Assembly (NCBI GenBank): GCA_010356995.1
Contig: ML996689.1
Location: 576,691 to 640,690, forward strand
Direction: 5' to 3'
Length of the DNA: 64,000 bases
Source of the DNA: Trichodelitschia bisporula
Taxonomy: Eukaryota
Positions 22,094 to 33,801 of the stretch are shown here, in pieces. The first letter of the stretch is position 1. Every line of letters begins with the position of its first letter. Below the pieces are notes generated by a model. That model was not told the origin of the DNA. It did not search any database and was given only the letters and a program-made list of their open reading frames with translations. The position numbers and the translations under genes are program-made.

Positions 22094-24374
22094 CTACTTT
22101 AACTTTTCGTTCCGCCGCACAGCAATAAAAGTCAAGCTCCACAACTGCCTCACATCCGATTCTGTTGGACTGGCTCCCGGTGCTGGCGGTAGATTCCCCA
22201 ACGCCTCGACAGTAAAGGCTCCATCCCGCCACACCCAACTCCATACTTCGCTGCTCAGCTGAGCGTGATTGGCTTGAATCAGGTCCCAGACGTGATTATA
22301 CGCGGTCTTGACCTTTCCGTGTAGTGTTTGGTCATAGCAAAAATTAGGTGCACTTGCGTCGTCGCACCTCACAAGCTGTCGTTCTAGCCCAGCTGCCATC
22401 ATGGCCAGCTGCCAAGACCAGACCACCGTCCCATGGTAGGCGTTGGTGGTCCAGTTTTCGGCAGACATCAGGTCCTCGCCATAGGCGGGGTTAGCGATCA
22501 GCAGACCCACAGAGGTGGAGAGTCCGATCGGGAAGGGCTGAAGTATGTGATCTGCTACCTGGGAGAGAAATGCGCTGAGCTGGGATTGGTTAGTGGTGTT
22601 GAGCAAAAAGAGGCGGAAACAGTCATCAGTGTTGAGCACTTGAACGACTGCCTGATTGTTGTTGCCCTCAAGTGCCAGGCCATAGAACGAGACGTTTCCT
22701 GTAATGTTATCGGTGTTTGCAGGGCCTTGGAAACCCGACTGTTTGACGTAATCCTCCACGCGCCGGATGGCGCTTGCCTGGGGCACTTGTACCTGCACAT
22801 GTTAGAATCGGTACTATGAAACTTGGGGTCCGGTACCTCGAAAAACTGGAGAGTCTCGTCCTCCCAAACCTTTGCAAAGTCGGCGGCATCGGTTTTCCAA
22901 CCGGGATGGTCGGGGAAATAACCAGCATTTGACAGGGCGCTAATTGAGCGTAATGCCGCCGGTACCAATGCTGTATTGACGTCATACGGAACTCTTCCGC
23001 CTCCGATACCGTACGTCGAATCTCGCCATTGGCCCACGATCTGGCCTTTTTTGAGATGTATCAGATTGCCCTTGACCTGGCCTCCATCTGCGGCAAATGC
23101 GACAGAAGTGTTCATGATCTTTTCGGCATTGAGCCGTGCGAGGTCGGCGTAGGTTAGACCTTCGTTCTTTGGGTTGACCGATGCTTGAGTCTGGAGGAAC
23201 GCTTCGGAGCGACGTTGCCCTACAGCAGTACGGACGAAGTACTGCTCTATAACGATGGGGAGGTAGTAGTCCGAGTCAATCATTTTGTAGTCATACTGCG
23301 GCGCCGTGGATGCCAATCCGCCTTGCATGTTCAAAAATGTGGCATAGTCGCCAATCGTTTCTTCGTGACAGATACTTCCGTCCGATCGGTTGATCCGCTC
23401 AAGGACCGCTGAGATGACCGCTTCAACCGCACCACCTTCGCCTTCACTGAGCACCGGCTGTAGAAGCAGCAACGATATCATCGAATCACGTCCAAAATAC
23501 GTCAGAAAGCGCCAGGCGCCGGCAAGCAGCTTTGTAGTGTAGGACAAGAATGATAGTGATGCCGTTTGGTCAGAAAACTGAGTGACGAGCTCGGTAGATT
23601 GCGGCTTCAGGACCTCAATCGAGTTTAGTTGCTCCAGTTGAGGATAGTTGTAGGAGGCTTCGAACGAATACACGCCTGCCTCAAAGACAACTGTTCGGTG
23701 GTTCAAGCTGACACCGCCCAATCGGGCTGTGAAGGAGAGATGTGTCTCGGTCACATTGTCCAGCCATGTTCGTCCCAAAGAGACTTTCTCGCCATCTTGA
23801 GAATACACAACGGCATCTTGAATCTTCGGAACCAGAAGGCTGGGGCCTTCGGTAAAGTCTCTAATCGTTCGGATACTGCCGAGAATCGCGACTGTCAAGA
23901 TTGCCGACGTATTGAATCGGATACGTCCCGATATTCCGACAACTGGCGGACCAGAGGTGTTGTTCTTGAATATCGGTGCCAACGGTGTGGTGGAATTCTC
24001 CAAAGTGATGGCGAGAGAGCCGTTCTGCCCATCTTGCGGAGCAAAAAAGCCAACAATGCCGCTGTTGCCGCCAGGCCAAGCCACCTACGTTGTCAGAATA
24101 TGAAACGTATGACGGACAACCTTACGAGAAGTCTCGGACCAATGATAGTGAGATTGCTCATCGGTGCTGGACTCGTTACCACTACCTGGACGCTTGTATG
24201 GCAGTCCGAGAAGAAGTAGTTGTCATACGGGGGGGCGCTTATATGGAACTGTGATGCAGACTCTTTGCACACCGTCGACGACTGAGGAGCATGGTATCCA
24301 GTATGATGTGGGATTGCGTAGACTGTCAAAGTCCACATGAAGGTCACCAGGGTGGCGGCGAAAATTGAATACAT
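22094..24374 (-). CDS. Secreted six-hairpin glycosidase-like protein (glycogen-debranching-enzyme-like fungal family)
   Basis: Signal peptide MYSIFAATLVTFMWTLTVYA; exons 24374-24126, 24084-22837, 22792-22094; motifs LLAGAWRFLTYFGRDSMI, CHEETIGD, GQWRDSTYGIGGGRVPYDVN, YHGTVVWSWQ, TESDVRQLWS; many N-glycosylation sequons. Confidence 0.75.
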
Positions 24375-25185
24375 GATGGCGAGTGATGGACGGAGCTGAC
24401 CGTTTTTAGCTGAACCTCCATCTCTTCTTAACGTCGTCAGCCTCACAAAACGATTGGAAACTGACGTCATGCTAAGCATCGCCGGACATCTGTCCGGTAG
24501 GCTGTGGAACGTGGGGAGGTTGAAGATTGTGCGGGGTCAGCCACCAGAAAGCTTGCTTGAGTGATGTTCAGCGGGGGAACCAGATTTGGGCGAGTCGACG
24601 CGAGCCGCGATGGTGATCCAGCATAGCATGAGAAGCGGATACTTCGGCATGCAGTTTCTTATGGAGTTTAGAGGACAGTCAACGGAAAGGAGAGCACCAG
24701 GGTACGGAATATACAACAGCCAACATGGAGCACGCTCCTTCAACAGGGTGTTGGGCCGAGAAAGAGTATTGTTGGTGGAGGCGGTACCCGTATGCGGCCC
24801 ATTTCGTCTGTTTGTTTGGCGAGCGTAACATGTTGCTGAGCGTTGCGCGACCGCCGTGTCCTCTAGAAGCACTGAAGCAGGGCGCAAATTCGTGGTCGGA
24901 TACCAGAGCGATGAGCTTGATATGCTTGGCTATTGATGGCCGGATCGACAGGCATCACAAGCAAGCCAGCCGCCCATGTGATGTTTGATGTGGGCGCACC
25001 CCGCACGCCATGCCATGAGGTGCAGGTCAAGCTCCCACCCCTCGAACTCCACTCCAACCGCGTCGCGCGTCATCTTCCACCTCCACTTTCGAGCCCTGTG
25101 TACAGCAACTCCAATGGGCTTGATATCTGCTAACTGAATTCTCACCTTCTGGCGTTTAGTTCGCTTGTCCAAGGTCCTTGGAGCC

Positions 25186-28141
25186 ATGGTCCGATTGACA
25201 GCCCCCTTTGGCTTCACACCTTGGCCTGTCTCCGTCTTCATCACCGCAACTTACGTCGCTCTTCTCGTCGCACTCGTTAGCCTCCACAATGTTGTCCCTC
25301 ATGCACCGAAGAAGGAAGCGCCCCTCGCCGGAGTCAATATGACTGAAGCCTGGAGAGACTTGCAGCACCTGAGTGGCGGCTTCCACCCCTACAACAGCCG
25401 GAGAAACGACGAGGTCCGCGACTGGCTGTTGCTGCGTATCGAAGCCATTCTGGCCCGCAACAATGCAACTTGGGACGCTCCTCTTGACCATGCTGTGCCG
25501 AGCTCTTTGGCAGACTCATCGGTACACATATACAACGACCTCACTACGAACCTCACCTTCTCGTCGAGGGATTCCGACCTCAGTGTTGCCTACACTGGCA
25601 CCAATATCATCGTCTACATTCGAGGTACAGAAGATGGCAAGCCTGATGGAAAGGCACCGGTGCTTGTCAATGCGCACTACGATAGTGTCCCGTCAGGATA
25701 CGGCGCAACGGACGATGGTGTCGGCGTCATCACTGTCCTGCAGTTGATATCGTACTTTTCCGCTCCTGGACACCAGCCCAAACGCGGTGTGATGGCTCTC
25801 TTGAACAATGGAGAAGAAGACTACCTGAACGGAGCGTACGCCTTCTCACAAAGCCCGCTCTCGAAACTCCCCCATACCTTCTTGAATCTCGAAGGCGCTG
25901 GTGCTGGTGGCCGGGCAGTGTTGTTCAGGAGCACCGACACCGAAGTGACCAAGTTCTATAAGAAGAGCCCGCATCCTTTTGGAACAGTGATAAGCGCCGA
26001 TGGCTTTAAGCGGCACTTGGTGAGGTCTGACACCGACTACACTGTCTTCCATGGCGAACTCGGCATGCGTGGCTTGGACGTCGCGTTCATGGAGCCCCGC
26101 GCGCGTTATCACACCATTGAGGATTCGACTCGGTTCACGTCGGTCAATTCTATATGGCACATGCTCTCGGCAGCGGTTGCGACGATGGACGGGCTCACGT
26201 CTGACACCAGCTCTTCCTTTGACGGAGAGCCAGCCGTTGCAGGTGGAGTAAGCAGTGGTACCGGATCCGACGGTGTCTGGTTCGACCTTTTCGGCCAGTC
26301 TTTTGCTGTCTTCAAGCTGCATACTCTGTTTGCTATCTCTGTGACTCTGCTCGTCGTTACGCCTCTCATCCTGATTGCCTTGACGGTAATTCTTGCAAAA
26401 TGTGACAAGCTGTACCTCTTCTCGGGAAAGAAGCTTTCGCCCGAGGGAGACATTGTACACCTGAACGGCTGGCGAGGCTTCTTCCGCTTCCCCATCACTG
26501 TTACTGTCGCCTCAGCAGCAGTTGTTGGCTTGGGGTTCCTTCTTGCAAAGATCAATCCCTATATTGTGTACAGCAGTGAGTACGCGGTTTGGAGGTACGT
26601 TTCAATGCTTGCTGCTTCGCTCACTTGTTAACTTCATTAGCATGATGATTACTGCTTGGACCTTCGTTGCATGGTTCCTCTCCCGCGGAGCCGATGCTAT
26701 GCGGCCGTCGGCCCTCCACCGGACATATGCGCTGATTTGGCTGTACATCTTCGCATACGCCATACTTGCCGCTGACGCCGTAGCGCAAAACAACTTCAAA
26801 CTAGCCGGCGGGTATTTCTTAGTGATTTACTTTGCTGCTGTATTTACAGCCCTGTTTATTGGTTACCTCGAGCTGTTTGCATTGGCCAAAAAGTCCGACT
26901 ATCTGGAGGAGCTGGCTCGTGACAGCACCGATGGATCCACCATCCTCCGTGCCGGAAGCGAAACCGTAAGTCCTCCGAGGACTAGCTCTGGGATTAGTGA
27001 CGGAGGCCGCCGTCGCGACGCCGAGGACGACGACGCCGGCGAGCGGACGTCACTGCTCCGCGGTGATCGGCACAGGACATACGCTGGGTACCACAGCTAC
27101 TCGCGCTCCGTTGAAGACTCGCAACTAGATCTCGACTGCAACGTGCCGCGGACCTGGCCGAAACCCTACGCGGCGGAGCAAGGCTGGAGCGGTCATCTGC
27201 TGTCCTGGATCTGGCTGCTCCAGTTTTTAGTTTTGGGTCCCGTTCCAATCATCTTCCTCACGCAAGTTGGCCTCTTCACCACCGCCGCCTTAAACCAGAC
27301 GCCTTCGGACGGCAGTTCCGTTCTTACGATTTACCTGGCCTTTGCGATCATTTCGGTCCTCCTTTTAATCCCCATCTTGCCCTTCCTGCATCGCTTCGCA
27401 TACACGCTCCCCGCCCTGCTCTTCCTCGTCTGCATCGCGACCACGCTCTACAACCTCGTCGCCTTCCCGTTCTCCGCTCAGTCCCGCCTCAAGGTGTACT
27501 TCATCCAGCGCGTCAATTTCGACACCGGCAGCAACGAAGTCTCCCTGACCGGTCTCTCGCCATACGTGGAAGACATCATCAAGACGATCCCCAGCGCCGC
27601 GGGCCAGCATCTCGTCTGCTCGGGGCCCGATTACTCCGCGCGGTCCGGCCTCACCAAGTGCGCGTGGGAGGGCATACCGCCGAACATTGGCAACGGCACA
27701 AAGTTACCCGGTGCCGCGCCGCCGCTGGAGCGATATACCGGATTGGTGGAGTACAACGTGACGCGGGTGGCGAACTCGACGCGCGCGGTGTTCCACATCT
27801 CGGGACAGGATACGCGGGCTTGTCGACTATTGTTCGACCGGCCGATCAAGGACTTTACGGTTGCGGGCTTCGCGTCCGATCCCCGGTTTCCGCGCGTGGG
27901 GCGGAAGGGGTGCAGTTCGATTCGGTTGTGGAATAGGGAGTGGGGTGCTGGGTGGACGGTGGATGTGGAGTGGGAGGGGGAGGGGGGGTTGGATGGCCGG
28001 GTGGTGTGTCTTTGGAGCGATGCGAATGATCCCGCGACGATACCGGCGCTGGCGGAGGTGCAGCATTACATGCCCGTATGGAGCATTCCGACGAAATTGA
28101 GCGATGGGTTGGTGGAGGGGTTTAAGGTGTTCAAGGTGTGA
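25186..28141 (+). CDS. PFF1: Vacuolar membrane metalloprotease, peptidase M28 (Pff1/ERMP1-like)
   Basis: Exons 25186-26594 and 26641-28141; [35 protein letters not shown] zinc motifs followed by multiple TM helices. Confidence 0.9.
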
Positions 28142-28265
28142 GTTTGACGGCCGGGCTGTGGGGTATCTGGAATAGCGTTTGTTGGTGGCATATCTGTGGC
28201 GTTCTCATGGGGTATGTTTTGTCAAAGCGCTAATACTATGCACAGCTAGCTATCGAACTCTGACT

Positions 28266-29422
28266 TCATTCCCTCCAGTGGGACATATCAATGCTCCACC
28301 CGTCCTTGTACAGTGTCGATGACTTGTTGAAGAACAGCGCCTTGGACGCCTGGTCGCCCTGCAACTGCCACTTCCAGAACGCAACGGATATGACGCCGAA
28401 CTTGCCCCCGTGCGGCTCGAAATACGTCCCCATGTGTCCGACCTGGAGGCTCGACATAATGGCCGGCAGCGTCGCGGGAATGTCCTTGAAGTCCTGCATA
28501 ATCTGCCACGCATCAGCCCCATCCGCCCCGTCGCATACTCAAGACAACTCACATATTTCGCGCTAAAGTCCTTCTCCCCCCCGTAAAAGTACCCAATCGG
28601 CTGCTTGATCTCCTTCAAGTAATGCCTCCGGCCCGGATCGATAACACCGGTGTTATAGATCCCAATAACCTTCACCCTCTTCTCAAACACGCTCGCGGAG
28701 TACGCCTCCACCCCGCCACAACTCTGCCCCGCGGCCCCAACACGCGCCATATCGATCGTGCCGAACTTTCCTCCGGCAGCACCCTTCTCCGCCCAATCCA
28801 ACGCCTCAGTCAACAAACTCGCCCTCGTCTTATCCCCCTCCGTCCCCCCCATCAAACTCCCCGCATAATTCGGCGTCGTCGCGCCCCACGCACCCTTCGG
28901 ATTCCCATTCGCAACCACCAGCACCCCCCAACTCGCAATCTCGGTCAGGAAATTGCTAAACCCCGCCCCATTACTTCCGCACGCGCCATTCGCCCACACC
29001 AGCAACGGCATCTTCCCCCCAGCCGGCGGCGTCTTCGGCGCGTAAATCGTGTGTTCCGGCAGCGAGCCCGCGCTCCCAGGCCAGTATTGAGCTTTGTACG
29101 GCCCGGACCCGCCGCTGAAGTCTTGTTTTGCCTTGTTGGTGCCCCCGCCGTCCTTTCCGCCGGAGCGCAGCGAGCTGAGGGCAGACATCATGTCGGGCGC
29201 GAAGCAGGGGTTGAAGAAGTCGCCGCCCAGGATGCCGCCGACGAGGCAGTCGTTGTCTTTCAGTGTGCCTTCGGCGGGGGGCACGGCGTCCCAGGAGGGA
29301 CAGTTTTTGGGTTTGCTCATTGAGGGGCTGCGGGGGACGGCGGGGCAGCCTGGTTTTAGGGGTTTGCCGCCTTGCGCGGCTGCGAGGGCCGCGAGGAGGG
29401 CCAGAGCCGTGATGAAGTGCAT
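28266..29422 (-). CDS. Secreted alpha/beta-hydrolase (chlorophyllase/cutinase-like esterase)
   Basis: Signal peptide MHFITALALLAALAAA; PLLVWANGAC, FLTEIASWG, nucleophile elbow GQSCGG; intron 28552-28503; exon 2 has GHMGTY (catalytic His candidate). Confidence 0.85.
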
Positions 29423-30270
29423 CGTGCAGATGGTGGGGGTGGGAAAGGAGGGTGGGGTGAGGCTCGATGCGCCATTGTGGGGGATTTGGTTCGGTTTTTG
29501 TTTATACGTGAGGGAGGTGGTGAAGTGAGGTTCCTGGCGCAGGGCGCGGACGGAAAGCGGTTAGGGCTTAATCTCGCATATGAGCTGGGTGCGGGAACGA
29601 ATGCGTGGATGCGATATCGATTGGGCTAGCTGTATCGGGATGGGGGTTGTGTGGTTCCTGATTTGGAAGGATGGTCGCTATGGTGGAGCGCGGTGGTGAG
29701 GTTGTCTTCGGGGCATCATGGTGGTGAGCAACCTCAATGCTTCGTCTCCAGATGAGGGAGGGAGTGTTGTTGATAGAAAAGCAAGCACACATGCTGTCAG
29801 ACTGGTGCTTATTACTTGTGTTTATTTTTTGCTGTGCTGGCACGTAAGCCCGTATCTCACTCCGCCTCAGCCTCGTTCCGCTCCATCCGCCAGCCACCGC
29901 TATAAGTATCTCAAACCTCCTCAAGCAGAGGCGGAAAGGTGCTATTCTCTTCTACTACTACTGATACGTACATTACATATTCACGTCCCAACTTTCTATC
30001 TCCCCATCCCATCAGCACCATTTACCCATAATTCCCAGTTCCGCCAATGCAATGGAAATCCCTATTGAAATGTGCTCCCCGACCCCGAGCCACGTCCCCA
30101 CCCAACGCCCGCAGACCCACCCCAACCCAGTCTCAAAATCTGCATTTTCCAAGAAAGCCTGAACGAAAAACCAAAGCCTCATAATGCGCCCCACAGCCTC
30201 GCATCCAGCCAAAAGAAAGCCACGCACCCTGTAAGAAACCCCGAACCAAAAACTCAACTCTTCCTCCCCC

Positions 30271-33200
30271 TCAATACCCATCCAACCCCCACCCAAGCGC
30301 CCCCGGCGTCAAATCATCAAACGTAATCCCCTCCCGTGGCTCTTTCTTCACCACCCTCCCCTCCTTCGCGCGAAACGGCCCCACCTCCGCATCATACCGC
30401 TCCGCATACCCCGAAATTCCCGCCCACTCCTCGCCCCCCAGCAACAAATCCAAATTCATATTCGGCCCGCCATTTCCCTGCACTTGGCCCCCATTCGCAT
30501 GCTCTTGGAAACCCCGTGCCGGACCCCCGTTCACTTGCGGCCCATTAGATGATCCGCCCTGCATGGCGTACATGGGCATCGGCCCGAGGAGCTGCACGTC
30601 GCCGTCCTCGTCCAGCCCCATCGCGGACCCGTGACGCTCTTCTTCGCCGCCGCGCGCCCGCCCGCCGTCGCGGAACATGAATGCCGAGGACGGGGGGACG
30701 AATCCGCCTTGCACGTCGGCGGCCTGGCCCGTCCTTCCCTGGAACCCCCGCAACGCTTCCAAGCTCGCGGGGAACGGGAAGGTAGGGTCATCGCCTAGGG
30801 ACTTGAGGATGGCGTCGTAGGTGTGGGCCGGGGGCGCGGATTGGTTGGGGTAAGCGAAGGGATCGGCTGAGGGGAACATTATTGCGGAGAGGTCGGCGAG
30901 GGGGAAGGAAGGTTCCGGGATGGCGGGCGAGGCGGGGAAGGAGTTGGAGTCGTGGGTTGAGTGGGTTAGGGCGGGGGTTGCGGAGCTCATGGTTGGGGTT
31001 GGCGTGGTGTGCATGGAAAGGTGTAGTGGATGCGCGACGTCGAAGAAGGATTGCGTTACTTGTGCTTGTGGGAAGGAGTACTGATTCAGGTCGACGGGGG
31101 CGTTGTACGCCTTGCCGAATTCGCCCATGGTTGGCGCGGCTTCGGGGAAGGTGCTGGACCGGCGGGGAGGCGGAGGTCCCGATCCCGATGCCGATGCCGA
31201 ACCTTCAAGACCAGTAACAGTCCGTCCAAACTCCGGTTGGCTAAAGGTTACGGCTTCTTGCCGGCGCTTGCGGCCCGAGATCGAGTTCTGCCGCGTCCGG
31301 TGCAACCGTTCCGGGAGTTGCTTAAACAACGACTGGGACTGGTCAGCTAACAATATCGCCAGCTGTCCGAGCACTTACACTCAGTGTTGCGGTACACCGA
31401 TCTGCCGCCATGCTGCGCTTTGCGAGCGCCTCTAGCGTCTCCTTACCCTCCTTAGCCACTTGTAGGACACTCTGACTCGCCTCGTTATCCGGATTTTCCA
31501 GGGTGTAAAACACCAACGACAGAATAGCGAAAAAGGTAGTGTACATGGTAAACCAATAGGCTCCAATTAACAGACCGCGCTTCTTCATCTCCACGGCAAT
31601 ATGCACGATGTTGCGGGACACGCTCACACAGGCGGCGGCGCAAGCGTACGAGCGCTTGTCGACGACTCGCGATTTGCATGTTTGCGAGACATAATGCAGG
31701 AACGGACGATAGAGCATCATCTGCGCGTGGGCGTACGACATGCGCAGGAGGTGTTGCACCCTGGCAGAAGTCAGTCCCGTCTGGATGGAAAATTCGACGC
31801 CACACGGATTCTGCCGTTAGGCTGAAACGGACAACGTCGGTTTGCATCGCAGTATCGCAACATCTCCACATGGAAGACACTGGCGTTCAACGCACCATGA
31901 ACTCTGGGGCAGCGAAAAAAACTTACCTGACTATTATCAGTGGAGCCTCACCGCCGGGCTTCAGGCCCATGGGCAGCCTGTCCTGCCATTCCTGCAGGTC
32001 CTTCTCTATCTCAAGAATCTGCGAGTAGCTGACGCTGTACGATTTGAACTTGCCCGGCGCACCGACCGGCGAGCCTTTAGTCGGATAGACGTAGCGTACG
32101 ATCTTAGCCAGGATGCGCACCAGATCGGTATGTGCGTTTGACGCTGCAAGCACGGAGACGCGGCCCGGTGGCATGTCGTAGATGCCGTCGGCTGTGATGA
32201 ACTCATCATCCACCGGCGCTGGATAGTCCTGATCGATGTCGTCGTCGCTCAACGAATGCGGCAAACCAAGCAGCGCACCTACGTACGTGTCCATTTTGCG
32301 GATAACCCAGAAGACACGCTTCCGCGTCTCGGCTTCAATGGGGTTGAAGGGGTCAGGGAATGAGCGATGCAGACCCATGCGCAGCGCGGACCGGAGTGCA
32401 ACGCCAATATAGGCGTAGCATGTCGATAGCTTGGCTGACGATTGTAGGAAGAGGATCATGAATAGGATGGCCTGTAATTGTCGCAGGTCGCGAACATCAG
32501 CAATGTCCATCAGTTGGCGAGACAGCTTGAAGTATTTAAATCTGGAAGAGTAAGCTTTCGTTTTAGTGCAACAAGATGGCAATGACGTACCCTTCGTTGA
32601 TTGCTATCTCGTATCCATTCTTCATCAGCTCACTCTCCTCATCCTTTGCAAACAGGGTTCCCAGCGCCATGCACGCATAGGCCAGCGGCAAAAAGACGTT
32701 ATCATCGTTCGTATACGACTCTGGCGGGATATCGTACAGCCGGTCCAGTGACGCTTTGAAGGTGGGATAATGCACTATACGCAGCAACGCAGCAGCGTCA
32801 TCAACGGCAATCTCGCAGAGTAGGCTTGCCTTCTCCCGAGGTGGCAGATCGGACCCTGGATGTGCTGAATCCCAAGGCGAGTCGGTGGTCGAGCGTGGAG
32901 AATCGAACACCTGAGACAGCGGACGCGACTTGACAAACGGCGTCGCATGGCCTTCGACGATGAAATCCGCTCCCAGCTGCTCTTTCATCCGGCGCACAAA
33001 CGACAGGCCCGATGACTGCCCATGGTACTCCAGGTTGCCCTGCTCGTCCAAATCCAGTTGTCCCGTCGACTTGACCATCGACTCGAGATGGCTCTCCGCA
33101 GCAGTGTCGTTGCTCGGTACTCCGTTCGACGCATGCGCGACGGGATTCGCGGGGAAGGCCACGGGCGGCGGAGCCTGCACCTGCTGCAAGCTGGCATGCG

Positions 33201-33801
33201 GACGCAGCAAGCCCTGGCGCAGCTTCGCCTCGAGGTTATGGTCACCGAGGTCAGCATCCGGAACAAGGAGCTTGATAATGGCATTGGCGCGCTTGAGCTG
33301 GGTTTCGAGTGCCTCGATATACTGCGGTGCAGCGTTGCGCCTCCGGTTCGAAGGTTGGTCATAGGTGCACTCTGCCACACGTCAGCCTTACCCCTCACAC
33401 CTCCCGCTCAGCACAACCCCAGGCTCACCGTAGCTATACACGGTGCAATGCGTGCACGGCTGCTTGCCGTCACACTTGATCTTCTTCCGCCGGCACTCGT
33501 CGCAAGCCCGCGTTACTCGTCGCCGCTTCTGGATCGGCGCACTGGGTTTCGCGCCCTGCGCAGCGGTGCTCTCCTCCTGCTCTTCGCCGCCACCTGGCGA
33601 GAGGGGTGGCGAATGGGCTGGTGAGTTATCCTGTGTCGAGTCGCGGGGGTCGAGGCTCGTACTTTCGCTCTGCATCGGGTCGGGTGCCGGGTCCCAGGCG
33701 GGCGCCGAGGGGCCGTCTGCCGCCGGTGTAGCCGAAGCGGGCACTGAGGACGGCGTAAAGAGCTCGTCGTCGGCAGTCTCCATTGAGTCCATGGTTAACA
33801 T
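30271..33801 (-). CDS. ASG1: Zn(II)2Cys6 transcription factor, Asg1-like
   Basis: [38 protein letters not shown]; exons about 33801-33429, 33371-32591, 32541-31927, 31760-31379, about 31338-30271; fungal TF domain [30 protein letters not shown]. Confidence 0.8.
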
